Part shown: piece after piece, positions 34,648 through 43,324 of the stretch
Layout: the number at the start of each line of letters is the position of its first letter
How positions within the stretch are numbered: the first letter of the stretch is position 1
IMG/VR virus record: IMGVR_UViG_3300032053_000151
Strand: one strand, 5' to 3'
DNA: 45,231 bases
Origin: a virus
Translations under genes and position numbers: made by a program
Notes under the pieces: generated by a model
Told to the model about the DNA's origin: nothing
The model's database searches: none
What the model saw: only the letters and a program-made list of their open reading frames with translations

Positions 34648-35078
34648 AGAAGACCGCGCTCCTGATGCTCCTGGTGTTCCCCAGCACGGTGCTCGCCGAG
34701 GGGATGAAGCACCTCCCAACCTGGAAGATGTGCGGCGAGAAGGCGTGCTACGAGTTCGAGGACGCCAAGAAGCTGTTGGTGCTCGACGCCGACCTCGAGG
34801 CGCTCATCCAGAAAGAAGTGCTGTGGGAGAAGCAGATGAAGGATCTGCGCGAGAGCAACGCTCAAGGCTCACTGGCTCTGGCCGCGGAGAAGAGTGCCAA
34901 CAACACCCTTCAGCAGAGCAACGACAAGCTGAACGCGATGCTCATCAAGGAGACGACTCGAGCGAATCAGGCTGAGGCTCGACCGGGGCCGTTCCCTGCG
35001 TGGGCCATCGCTGGTGGAATCGGGATTGGCATCGGCGTCGTCGCCGGGATTCTACTGGGTGTCTTCGTCGCAAAGTGA
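34644..35078 (+). CDS. Signal-peptide coiled-coil protein of 144 aa with a C-terminal transmembrane helix. It is spanin-like but lacks a lipobox.
   Basis: Signal peptide MKKTALLMLLVFPSTVLA, a coiled coil, and a C-terminal AIAGGIGIGIGVVAGILLGVFVA. GTGA coupling with the upstream gene. Confidence 0.45.
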   Translation: MKKTALLMLLVFPSTVLAEGMKHLPTWKMCGEKACYEFEDAKKLLVLDADLEALIQKEVLWEKQMKDLRESNAQGSLALAAEKSANNTLQQSNDKLNAMLIKETTRANQAEARPGPFPAWAIAGGIGIGIGVVAGILLGVFVAK

Positions 35079-35116
35079 CCTCGTAAGAGGGTACTAGTCG
35101 ATAGGAGGGATCTACA

Positions 35117-35623
35117 ATGATCCACTATCGAGAAACAGAGTCCCCGATGGGGATGGTCTTCACTACGTGGTGTGGTGAGCGATTCAAACATGACGACCCG
35201 TGGAGTACAGAAAATCTTGACGATGTAGATTGTGACAAGTGTCTTCGCGTACTGGACCAAGTACGCATCGACGAGGCATTCGCTGAAGCCAAGTTTCGCG
35301 CATTTCGGGGTCTCCCAAACGGAGAGACACTCAAGAAAGAAGTCAGCGAAGTTATCGCCATAGACCGGCGACGACAAAAACGACAATCGCAGGAAACAGA
35401 CCGAGGGAAACCCCCGGTAGATCATTCCTACGTGGGGATGTGCGGGGACTACGGCGGCATCGACGACTCAGTGTTCGCCGAAGCAGAGAAGTACGCCACT
35501 CGATGGAACTCTGTCGACTGTGACGAATGGACCCACGAGCAGCAGCTGAGAGGGAAGGACCCCGACTGGTCTTCTCTCTGGGTTCTGCAGATGAACATCA
35601 AAGACGGAATGTGGGACCCGTGA
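35117..35623 (+). CDS. Hypothetical protein of 168 aa with a Cys motif (C..C...CDKC).
   Basis: GGAGGGA ribosome-binding site. It is followed by a terminator. Confidence 0.5.
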   Translation: MIHYRETESPMGMVFTTWCGERFKHDDPWSTENLDDVDCDKCLRVLDQVRIDEAFAEAKFRAFRGLPNGETLKKEVSEVIAIDRRRQKRQSQETDRGKPPVDHSYVGMCGDYGGIDDSVFAEAEKYATRWNSVDCDEWTHEQQLRGKDPDWSSLWVLQMNIKDGMWDP

Positions 35624-35627
35624 AGGA

Positions 35628-35652
35628 AACAGGACTCGACATCCTGTTTTTT
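35628..35652 (+). terminator. Rho-independent terminator: stem AACAGGA / TCCTGTT, a 7-nt loop, then a T6 run.
   Basis: It marks the end of the plus-strand structural block. The convergent minus-strand gene stops at 35655. Confidence 0.7.
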
Positions 35653-35654
35653 AG

Positions 35655-36215
35655 CTACCAGCCCTTCGGAATCGATGCCCTGAGGCAGAGGATTGTGTTG
35701 TTCCCGATCTTCAACCCCAGGCCCGCCCAGAAGGACTTCGGGAACTCGCCCTCGGTCAGCGGCCAGCTGGGCTCCTGATTCGGCGCCCTGGTGTGCAGCC
35801 CGCCCTGCAGGACCCCGATGATGCGCGTGTGCGCCGCCACAGTGCAGTTGAGCAGGGTGGTGAGGTACTTCGAGATGTCGTAGCCCGCCTGACCTTGGAA
35901 CGTGGAGCACGTGCGGAACCAGAGCACGCCGTTCGGCGGAATCTTCCCCACCAGCTTCTTGAAGTAGGCGCGGTCGACGCTCTTGCCTGCCAGCCACACT
36001 GTTCCAGGGCTGCCGTGGCCCCAGTACTGAATCGAGGTCAGGAGACCGGGCCGCTGCTCGAGCCACGAGAAGGCGTCGTCCCACGACTCCGCGCCGTAGT
36101 AGGCGTCGAGCTTCCCGAACAGCTTGTGCAGGAAGCAGCCGATGGCCCAGCTGAGCTTGAGGCCCCACTGTGCAGCTCCTGCGCCGGGGTTTTTGTCGTA
36201 GATGGCGACTCGCAT
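35655..36215 (-). CDS. Hypothetical protein of about 187 aa containing a WGHGSPG motif. The start is uncertain; an alternative ATG at 36239 overlaps the nuclease start in a CATG palindrome.
   Basis: Open frame with GC3 bias. Confidence 0.4.
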   Translation of the reverse strand: MRVAIYDKNPGAGAAQWGLKLSWAIGCFLHKLFGKLDAYYGAESWDDAFSWLEQRPGLLTSIQYWGHGSPGTVWLAGKSVDRAYFKKLVGKIPPNGVLWFRTCSTFQGQAGYDISKYLTTLLNCTVAAHTRIIGVLQGGLHTRAPNQEPSWPLTEGEFPKSFWAGLGLKIGNNTILCLRASIPKGW

Positions 36216-36237
36216 GCCACCAGTATAGACTGAGCTC

Positions 36238-36585
36238 ATGTACGAATACCGAGCTACTGTGTTGCGGGTCATCGACGGTGACACCGTGGACCTGGACATC
36301 GACATGGGTCTGCACACTCACATCCACGAGCGGATCCGCCTCGACGGCATCAACACGCCGGAGTCGAACTCCAAGGTGGCGGAGGAGCGAACGGCTGCAG
36401 CTGCTGCCACAGAGTTCCTGAAGTCGCTACTCACCGATCCCAAGGTGACGGTGAAGACCAAGAAGGACGCCCAGGAGAAGTACGGGCGCTACTTGGGCGT
36501 GGTCCTCAACTCAGCAGGCGTGAACGTCAACGAGGCGCTGGTGACCGCGGGTCACGCGAAGCCGTACTCAGGTGGGGCTCGCTGA
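36238..36585 (+). CDS. Staphylococcal nuclease (SNase / thermonuclease)-like nuclease, 115 aa.
   Basis: RVIDGDTVDLDID...IRLDGINTPE...KYGRYLGVV matches the SNase fold motifs DGDT, R..GID.PE and YGR. Confidence 0.7.
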   Translation: MYEYRATVLRVIDGDTVDLDIDMGLHTHIHERIRLDGINTPESNSKVAEERTAAAAATEFLKSLLTDPKVTVKTKKDAQEKYGRYLGVVLNSAGVNVNEALVTAGHAKPYSGGAR

Positions 36586-36825
36586 GCTCGTAGTCGTGTA
36601 GACGCTCACCGTTGCGGCGCAGCAGCAGCTTGGGATGTGCGGAGCGTAGATCGTCTTGCAGCAGGGGCACTGCCAGCCCTGCGGCGCGAGATGGAACGGC
36701 GTGAAAGTGAACGTCGGCGGCCAGGTGATGGTCGTCGGGGTGACCGTCACAAGCACGGTGTGCTTGGGGCACTGCCCCGACGTGCTCTGGAGACAGGCTT
36801 CACAATGCTCAAGGATCTGAATCAT
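36568..36825 (-). CDS. Possible small Cys-rich protein of about 85 aa (CEAC...CPKH...CPCC...CCC).
   Basis: Third-position GC is strongly elevated in this frame, versus about 55% in the competing plus-strand frame. No Shine-Dalgarno sequence. Its 3' end overlaps the SNase gene by 18 nt. Confidence 0.3.
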   Translation of the reverse strand: MIQILEHCEACLQSTSGQCPKHTVLVTVTPTTITWPPTFTFTPFHLAPQGWQCPCCKTIYAPHIPSCCCAATVSVYTTTSSASPT

Positions 36826-36973
36826 GTTGGCCCCGGGTAAATCCGTTTCAATGTTTCGTGGTGAACGGGTTGCCCGCAGTCGCCGCACTTGATCCATGGA
36901 AGCGCCGACGGGGAGCCGTGCTTACGGAACTGGTCGGCGAGAGCCTGATGTTGGCAGGGATCATTCGTCGGAG

Positions 36974-37294
36974 TCATGTTCCCACCTTCTCACCGTCGTC
37001 GGTCCAGGTGAACTCGCCAGTTGCCCCGACGGGGAAGTGGGTTCCGCAGCTGCAGCAGAATGTCCCCGTGTAGAACGAGGGGTCTCGAGCGTACGTTTCT
37101 GCGAGGGCTGTACCCATCGTGGTCTCGCTCCCGCACTTCTCATGCTTGTAGGAGCGCCGAATTGGCCGGACGAACCCCTTGGCTCGTTCCTCTGGGGTCA
37201 AGACGAGGTAGTCCTTCTGCATCCCGGAGGGGAGGATCTCCTTGTGCTCGCCGATAGGTGTCCCGTGGATGGTGGTCGTCTTGGGGTCACTCAT
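36974..37294 (-). CDS. Hypothetical protein of 106 aa with a CCSCGTHF motif.
   Basis: AAGGAGG ribosome-binding site. ATGA coupling. Confidence 0.5.
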   Translation of the reverse strand: MSDPKTTTIHGTPIGEHKEILPSGMQKDYLVLTPEERAKGFVRPIRRSYKHEKCGSETTMGTALAETYARDPSFYTGTFCCSCGTHFPVGATGEFTWTDDGEKVGT

Positions 37295-37575
37295 GTCACC
37301 TCCTTTACTATGGGCTGCCCGCTGAATCCAGCTGGCGTCAAAGCGAACTCGACGTAACGGAGCTGCACGTCGAAGCTAAAAAACGCGACCTCGAGAATGA
37401 GACAAGATTCTGTGAAGTGATCGTTGGGCTGCCAGGGCTGCTTCACCCTGACTTCCACACGGTCGAACTGAGCGTAGCCCTTAGGCCTGTACGTACCTAC
37501 GCCTAAGCAAGCGTAGTAGCTTGCCAGGCGTAGGACGTACGGACTGATCCCTGCGAGCTGTTGCTCTTTGCTCAT
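37291..37575 (-). CDS. Hypothetical protein, 94 aa.
   Basis: ATGA coupling on both sides. Confidence 0.45.
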   Translation of the reverse strand: MSKEQQLAGISPYVLRLASYYACLGVGTYRPKGYAQFDRVEVRVKQPWQPNDHFTESCLILEVAFFSFDVQLRYVEFALTPAGFSGQPIVKEVT

Positions 37576-38456
37576 GCTTGCGGCGTAACCGCGGGGGCGC
37601 TGGTGAGTTGCAGCTCAGGCTGCGTAGCTCCGTTGGAAACTGGAACGGCGGCTTCCTTCTTCATCTTCTCGAGCTTCTTCGCTTCCTTCTTTGCGGCGGC
37701 TTCTTGTTTTGCGATGAGCCGCTGGGGCTCATTGTCGGTGACAAACTTCACCGACTCTTCCGCGATTTCTCGAGGATACGTGTGCACGGTGCCGTGCTGA
37801 AGATCCGGCACATCCCGAATGAGCAGGCCTGCCGCCTTCGTACGCTTCCCAGCGACAGTTCCCATCATCCCTGCGAGTGTTGTGTCGATGCGAACGCCGA
37901 GCTTCTTGGCCGCCCCCTTGATGGTGACGTAGCCATCAATGATTGCGGTGGTCTCCTCGAGTGCCTTCAACTTCTCATCATGCGCGGCCAACTTCTGATT
38001 CTGAAGAACCAGTTGCATGGTGTGCTCCTGCAGCTGAGCCTGCGCGAGCTCAAAGGCTGCGGTGAAGTGGACCAGCTGCATCGCCTGCTGCACGCGAGGG
38101 TTGGTCATCAAGTCCGCGGAAATGCCCGGGACGTAGGCGCCGCTCTTGCGAATGCTGGGGATCACTTCCTCTGCGATCCATTGCTGCAACTGAATAGCGC
38201 GCGGCTTGTCCGAACGGATGACCAGCCGCCACATGCCAGGCTCGGAGAGAATGAGCACGGCCTGAGGACCGCCAGGGGTAGAGGTTAAACCTTTACCCTT
38301 ATCCCTCTCCGGAATGTTACGAACGGCGTCAGGGACATTTTTGATTCCAAGGACAGCGCACAGGTCCGCTGCCACGAACCAGGGGTTCCCATCCTTGATG
38401 ACTACACGAACTTCTTCTACCCCCTCAAACTGAAAAGGAACAATTTGTGACGACAT
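37572..38456 (-). CDS. Antirepressor-like protein with a Bro-N domain and a KilA-C-like C-terminal domain, 294 aa.
   Basis: N-terminus VPFQFEGVEEVRVVIKDGNPWFVAADLCAVLG matches the Bro-N consensus. Confidence 0.65.
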   Translation of the reverse strand: MSSQIVPFQFEGVEEVRVVIKDGNPWFVAADLCAVLGIKNVPDAVRNIPERDKGKGLTSTPGGPQAVLILSEPGMWRLVIRSDKPRAIQLQQWIAEEVIPSIRKSGAYVPGISADLMTNPRVQQAMQLVHFTAAFELAQAQLQEHTMQLVLQNQKLAAHDEKLKALEETTAIIDGYVTIKGAAKKLGVRIDTTLAGMMGTVAGKRTKAAGLLIRDVPDLQHGTVHTYPREIAEESVKFVTDNEPQRLIAKQEAAAKKEAKKLEKMKKEAAVPVSNGATQPELQLTSAPAVTPQA

Positions 38457-38468
38457 AGGACTCCTTGG

Positions 38469-38774
38469 TTACGGTTGTTCAAGTTCAACAGTCAACAGAA
38501 ACACCAAGCAGCACATCGCGTGCGCCAGGTGGTGGTGACCCGACTCCGGGTCGTGCGTCTCTCCCATCCACCAGTCGTTGATGTGCCGCATCGAGGCGTC
38601 GTAGTAGCGCTTCCTCGAGTCGGGAACCTTGCGCCAGTTCTCCTCCTCGTACTTCCGAGCGCCGTACTCCAGCACATCGACCACGGCGTACAGCGTTCGC
38701 GTCGGGAAGAGGCTGAACCGGCGCTTCTGTTGATCGTGCTTCACACCTTGATTCAGCTTGGGCTTCTCGTTCAT
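38469..38774 (-). CDS. dATP/dGTP diphosphohydrolase N-terminal-domain-like (DUF5664) protein, 101 aa.
   Basis: KHDQQKRRFSLFP...AVVDVLEYGARKYEEENW...RHINDW..GETHDPESGHHHLAHAMCCLVFL matches the family pattern from memory. Confidence 0.5.
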   Translation of the reverse strand: MNEKPKLNQGVKHDQQKRRFSLFPTRTLYAVVDVLEYGARKYEEENWRKVPDSRKRYYDASMRHINDWWMGETHDPESGHHHLAHAMCCLVFLLTVELEQP

Positions 38775-39121
38775 GGGGCCTCTCGTACAGGTACGCCTGC
38801 CTTGGCGGCTCGCCGCTTCATGTCCTCCGTGCCCTTCCCGCCAGGGAATGCGATCACCTCATCTGGTTTGTGTTCGTCCAGCATCTTCTGGTTTCGGATG
38901 GGCCCCGCAGCTCGGCCATGCGTCTTCCAGTCGGCAGGCTCAACAACGAGATCTGCTCCGACGGAGATAGCCCATTGCTCCGCGAGATGGTCAGCGCCGG
39001 ATGCTCCCCCAGAGACAATGCGGACAGGGCGAGGAAGGGCGTCGAGAACTCTTTTGACTGCGAGCGTATCGGCGTAATTGCGCCCGCCGCAGACGAGGAC
39101 TGTTTTCACTTCTGTGCTCAT
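38771..39121 (-). CDS. DUF2493 / SLOG (YpsA-like) domain protein of about 116 aa. The start is taken at internal M64, which forms an ATGA junction.
   Basis: VLVCGGRNYAD...VSGGASGADHLAEQWA...PADW...AGPIRNQKM...FPGGKGTEDM. The longer N-terminal extension of the ORF is rejected. Confidence 0.5.
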   Translation of the reverse strand: MSTEVKTVLVCGGRNYADTLAVKRVLDALPRPVRIVSGGASGADHLAEQWAISVGADLVVEPADWKTHGRAAGPIRNQKMLDEHKPDEVIAFPGGKGTEDMKRRAAKAGVPVREAP

Positions 39122-39543
39122 GAGAGAGGGCCTAGTCCTGTGAAATCGGGGGAGATGCCAGTGCTCGTCGCTGACTTGGCAAACGTCGCCATCTTGTCGC
39201 CGAGCTCCCCCATCGGCGCATCTTTGTTGTCTGGGAGGCCGGGACTGTACCCCAACGGAGCCGTCGGACCTGGGGGTACGACGGTCCCGTTGTTGGGCTT
39301 CAGCGACCACGTCAAGATGTCCGCCTTACCCGCGGACTCCAACTTGTCGAAGAACGCCGTCTTCGAGTCCTTCGGTTCGAAGGCCCCCGCCAGAGAGTAC
39401 GACGAGCCTGTGCTGATGGCTTGAGTGCACCCGCTGGCGAAGTCCTTCCACGCCTGCTCCCACTTCTGTTGTGCTTCTGAGGCACTCTGGCAGAAGCCGA
39501 TGGACTTCAACGCGCTGGAGTACGCTGATCCTTGAAGCGGCAT
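39118..39543 (-). CDS. Hypothetical protein, 141 aa.
   Basis: Coupled open frame. Confidence 0.45.
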   Translation of the reverse strand: MPLQGSAYSSALKSIGFCQSASEAQQKWEQAWKDFASGCTQAISTGSSYSLAGAFEPKDSKTAFFDKLESAGKADILTWSLKPNNGTVVPPGPTAPLGYSPGLPDNKDAPMGELGDKMATFAKSATSTGISPDFTGLGPLS

Positions 39544-39550
39544 GACTACC

Positions 39551-39754
39551 TCACTTTACTGAGGAAACCGGGAGATACCCTTCGAAGGTGAACTCGCTCC
39601 CCTCGTTCTTGCGGGAGAGCACGATCTTCATCGTGAGCACGCCTTTGATGCAGTCCTCACAGAGATTCGCGAGCTGCTCCTTGCTGTACGCATGCCGAAC
39701 CAACACGGCCTTCTCGTACAGGTTCTCCTTCTCACAGTTCGAGCACTTCATCAT
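39551..39754 (-). CDS. Small zinc-ribbon protein of about 67 aa (CSNC...CEDC).
   Basis: ATGATGA junction with the ribonucleotide reductase stop codon. Confidence 0.4.
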   Translation of the reverse strand: MMKCSNCEKENLYEKAVLVRHAYSKEQLANLCEDCIKGVLTMKIVLSRKNEGSEFTFEGYLPVSSVK

Positions 39755-42396
39755 CCGCATCCCGTTGTTGTACCGCACGTGTTGCACACCCAGCAGGTGC
39801 CAGCGCGTACGGTGATGTTACCGCAAGAGCTACAAGGAGCTCCGTGATAGCTGAGCTCGGCTGTTTTGGCAACGACTGGCTCTGTCTTCTTTGCTGATTC
39901 CCTAAGCTCGATCCACTTGGCGAAGTAGTCCACCAAGCTGTCAGCGCGAGGAATCTGCTTGTTCCCAGTGAATCCTGAGGGTTCGAATCGTACGCCCTTG
40001 AACTTCTCGAGCAGCGTGTTCATCGGTACGCCGTACTGGAGCCCCAGCGAGATGGCTGTAGCCGCCATGTCGACGAGACCATGGAGCGTTGATCCCGCCT
40101 TGGAGATGTTGATGAACACCTCTCCAGGGCTACCGTCCTCGTTGAGGCCCAGGTGGAAGTAGCCGTCTTGGCCGCCCACGCTGAACTTGTGTGTGACGCT
40201 GGGCCGTTCATCGGGAAGGCGCTTTCGTTCGCCCCACTTGAGGCCGGAGTACTTCTCTTCTTTCTTTTGCTCCGTGGCTGACGCAGGCTGACTCGCCTTG
40301 CAACCGTCACGGTAGATGGCCACGCACTTCAAGCCCAGCTCCCACGCTCGCATGTAGACGTTGGCCACGTCGCCCACGGTGGCCGTGGATGCCATGTTCA
40401 CCGTCTTGCTGATCCCTCCACTGAGGAACGGCTGAACAGCGGCCATCATCAGCAGGTGGCCCTCGGTGCTGATCTGGTCAGCGCCGATTGCTGTCTGGAA
40501 GACCTTCTTGTGCGAAGCCTTCATGTCCTTCGGCAGCTCACCCGTTGCTGCGATGGTGTCGAGAACGAACTGCGCCTCACCGTTGTAGCCTAGGCGTTCG
40601 AGTGCCTGCGGTACGGCTCTCGTGGGAATCTTCATGTAGCCGCCACCAACGAGCTTCTTGTGCTGCGTCAGCGCCAAGTTGGGCTCGATGCCCGTCGTGT
40701 CGCAGTCCATCATGAAGCCAATGGTCCCTGTAGGTGCGAGCACAGAGATCTGGCTGTTGCGGTAGCCGAAGTCCATGCCAAGCATGTACGCTTCCGCCCA
40801 GATTTCATTGGCCAGGCGAATCGTGGTGTGGTGCCGCTGAGGGAGTTTGTAGCTCTCATCGCGGTGCATACTGACGACCTTCAACATCTCACTGCGGTTG
40901 GCGGTGTAGTAGTCGAATGTCCCTACGACCCTCGCCATCCTTGCACTCTGCCTGTAGCCCGCCGCGGTCATCAGAGACGTGAGCCCTGCTGCGAATTCCC
41001 GACCCTCAGGCGAGTCGTAGGCCAGCCCCTTCGTCATCAGCAACGTACCGAGGTTGGCGTAGCCAATCCCCAACGGGCGACTGGCCTTCGTGTGCTTTGT
41101 AATCTCCGCGGTGGGATAGCTGGCGTATCCTGCCAGAATCTCCATTGCGGTGATGCAGATCTCCGCGGCGTGAACGAAGTCTGCCGCCTGAAACTCTGCG
41201 CTTCCGTCGGTCACGAACTTGACCAAGTTGAAGCTGCCCAAGTTGCAGCTGGTGTCGTCGAGGTGTAGAAACTCTGAGCAGGGATTCGATGAGTTGATCT
41301 TTCCTGTGTTGGGCAGTGTGTGCCACTTGTTCGTCGTGGTGTCGAACTGCAGGCCTGGGTCACCGCACGCCCACGCTGCTTCAGCGATCTTGTTCCAGAT
41401 GTCCCGCGCCTGGTAGAGATGCACTTGTTCGCCGGTCGTACGCGCCTTGGTCTGGTACTTCTGATCGTCGATGACCTTGCGCATGAAGTAGTCGGTCACA
41501 CGCACCGAGTTGTTGGCGTTCTGGAACGGTGACAGGTCGTACGCGTTGCCGGGCTTGTTCCACTCTGCGCTGAATCCTGCTGCGATGAGAGCCTGAGCGA
41601 TCTTCTCTGCGTGCATCTTGCAGCCGATGAAGCCGACCTCGCCGTTTGCTTGCTGGAGAATGTCGGGGTGGTCCACGTCGAGGCCACGCATCAGCGCTGC
41701 TCGTCTCGTTGTTCCGCCGGACTTGGTGACGCCTGCACCAGCGTCCAGCATCTTCATGAAGCTCACTGGCCCTGAGGGATTGCCCCCACCGGAGAGGAGC
41801 TCGTAGCTGCTGCGAATCTTGGAGAGGTTGCTCCCAGCACCAGAGCCGCCCTTGAACAGCATGACCTCGGTCTTTGCCAGGTCGGTGATGCTCTCCATCG
41901 TGTCGTCGACCTGGTTGATGAAGCAAGCCGAGGCCTGCTGGCTCACCCCAGGAACGCCGATGTTGAACCACACAGGGGAGTTGAACGCGAACATCTGATG
42001 CAGGAGGAGATGGGTGAGCTCCGCCCAGAACACGGACGCGGTCTCCTTCTCGAGAAGCCCCTGCTCCACACCGGCCGACGTGATGGCCGTTACCACGCGG
42101 TCAATGAGCTGTCTGACCGAGGTCTCTTTGACTCCGTTGATCATGCGGAAGTACTTCTCCGCAACGATGTTGATGGCGCGTTCGCTCCAGAATTCCGGCG
42201 CTTCGACGTCCTTCTGCTCGAAGGCAATGGAGCCGTCGGCCTTGCGAATTACGGCGTCTACTTTCTTCCAGTTCACCCCATCGAACGGATGCTTCTTCCC
42301 TGCGGTGAAGTGTGGCTTGAACTCGAGATGCGGGGCTTCCTTCGCGGGGAAGGACGTAGCGGACCCTCCGTTGGAGGGAACAGTTTGGACATCCAT
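39751..42396 (-). CDS. nrdJ: Ribonucleotide reductase, class II (adenosylcobalamin-dependent, NrdJ-like), 881 aa.
   Basis: Active-site SSNPCSEF motif. C-terminal Cys cluster CSSCGNITVRAGTCWVCNTCG. AAGGTG ribosome-binding site. Confidence 0.75.
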   Translation of the reverse strand: MDVQTVPSNGGSATSFPAKEAPHLEFKPHFTAGKKHPFDGVNWKKVDAVIRKADGSIAFEQKDVEAPEFWSERAINIVAEKYFRMINGVKETSVRQLIDRVVTAITSAGVEQGLLEKETASVFWAELTHLLLHQMFAFNSPVWFNIGVPGVSQQASACFINQVDDTMESITDLAKTEVMLFKGGSGAGSNLSKIRSSYELLSGGGNPSGPVSFMKMLDAGAGVTKSGGTTRRAALMRGLDVDHPDILQQANGEVGFIGCKMHAEKIAQALIAAGFSAEWNKPGNAYDLSPFQNANNSVRVTDYFMRKVIDDQKYQTKARTTGEQVHLYQARDIWNKIAEAAWACGDPGLQFDTTTNKWHTLPNTGKINSSNPCSEFLHLDDTSCNLGSFNLVKFVTDGSAEFQAADFVHAAEICITAMEILAGYASYPTAEITKHTKASRPLGIGYANLGTLLMTKGLAYDSPEGREFAAGLTSLMTAAGYRQSARMARVVGTFDYYTANRSEMLKVVSMHRDESYKLPQRHHTTIRLANEIWAEAYMLGMDFGYRNSQISVLAPTGTIGFMMDCDTTGIEPNLALTQHKKLVGGGYMKIPTRAVPQALERLGYNGEAQFVLDTIAATGELPKDMKASHKKVFQTAIGADQISTEGHLLMMAAVQPFLSGGISKTVNMASTATVGDVANVYMRAWELGLKCVAIYRDGCKASQPASATEQKKEEKYSGLKWGERKRLPDERPSVTHKFSVGGQDGYFHLGLNEDGSPGEVFINISKAGSTLHGLVDMAATAISLGLQYGVPMNTLLEKFKGVRFEPSGFTGNKQIPRADSLVDYFAKWIELRESAKKTEPVVAKTAELSYHGAPCSSCGNITVRAGTCWVCNTCGTTTGCG

Positions 42397-42409
42397 TGAG
42401 TCACCTTGG

Positions 42410-42961
42410 TTAGATGGAAAGTCCCGCGGCGGGATACGCCACGAGAGAGATCTTCTTCGTTGTGTCCCTGAGCTTTTTCAGTACTTCCAGCTGAGCGCGC
42501 GTCGAGCCAATGTTCATGTGAATCGCTCGCGCTACTTGCGCCAAGCCAAATGCGTCGCACTCGTCGTCTTGTTCAAAATCCATCCCCCATTTATCAAGTA
42601 CGGCTTGGCGCATCTTCTCTTTGGTGGCGCTTCCATCGCTGCTTATGAACTGCTTCAGCTGCGTCGGTGCTACAACTACGAAAGGAATCCCGGCGTCATG
42701 AAGAACGAGGCGCACAAGTCCTCCGAGCTCTCCAAGATCAAACGAACGATTCACCGACTCCATCGAATAGCCTTCAAGAGCGGCGTACTTGATGCTCGGC
42801 TCTGCGGCTAAAACATCTCGCAGCGAGTCACGAATACAGGCAAGACGGATGACGCCAGAGCGCTTCCCCGGCGTCACCGTCCCACGGTAAATCAGGTCAT
42901 TGCTGGACCCTACGACGACCACTCCGGAACTACGCAACGACTGGTCGATGCCGAGGTACAT
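42410..42961 (-). CDS. RuvC-like Holliday junction resolvase, 183 aa.
   Basis: MYLGIDQSLRSSGVVV (D7), EGYSM, DECDAFGLA. This is the RNase H-like RuvC acidic residue pattern. Confidence 0.65.
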   Translation of the reverse strand: MYLGIDQSLRSSGVVVVGSSNDLIYRGTVTPGKRSGVIRLACIRDSLRDVLAAEPSIKYAALEGYSMESVNRSFDLGELGGLVRLVLHDAGIPFVVVAPTQLKQFISSDGSATKEKMRQAVLDKWGMDFEQDDECDAFGLAQVARAIHMNIGSTRAQLEVLKKLRDTTKKISLVAYPAAGLSI

Positions 42962-42972
42962 GCTTCTCCAGT

Positions 42973-43299
42973 TTAGGCGTTTGAGGTCGACCCACCAGTA
43001 TCACGCCACACGTTCCACGCATGCCGAACAAGCGTCTTCGCGACGTCGGCCATGCGCTCCATCTCCTTCGCCCAAATGGAGTCCGGCTGGCACGTGCGGT
43101 CGTAGTCCTCAGTCTCCTGGGAACGCTTCTTCACTGCCGCGTCCATCTCGATTGTCACGGTGATCGGCGCACCACGAATCCCCGCCGTGACGTGCCCTCG
43201 AGGACTCTTCTCGAGGTAAAAATTGGTCGACCACTTGATAGCGCCCTTCTTCGACCTGTCCTTGCCCATGTGCGTCTCCACAGTGAAGAGGCGCCCCAT
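42973..43299 (-). CDS. Hypothetical protein, 108 aa.
   Basis: Open frame with GC3 bias. Confidence 0.45.
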   Translation of the reverse strand: MGRLFTVETHMGKDRSKKGAIKWSTNFYLEKSPRGHVTAGIRGAPITVTIEMDAAVKKRSQETEDYDRTCQPDSIWAKEMERMADVAKTLVRHAWNVWRDTGGSTSNA

Positions 43300-43324
43300 T
43301 GCTGAGGCGCCCCTTCGTTCATTG

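Noticed and set aside
36637-36840. 67-aa plus-strand ORF downstream of the SNase gene
   Set aside because: Third-position GC is only about 55% with Arg-rich low complexity. The opposite strand shows much stronger coding bias.
38771-39310. 179-aa form of the DUF2493-like ORF with a 63-aa Arg-rich N-terminal extension
   Set aside because: The extension overlaps the upstream gene in another frame. The internal Met forms an ATGA junction with the upstream stop, and the conserved domain starts right after it. The short form was chosen.
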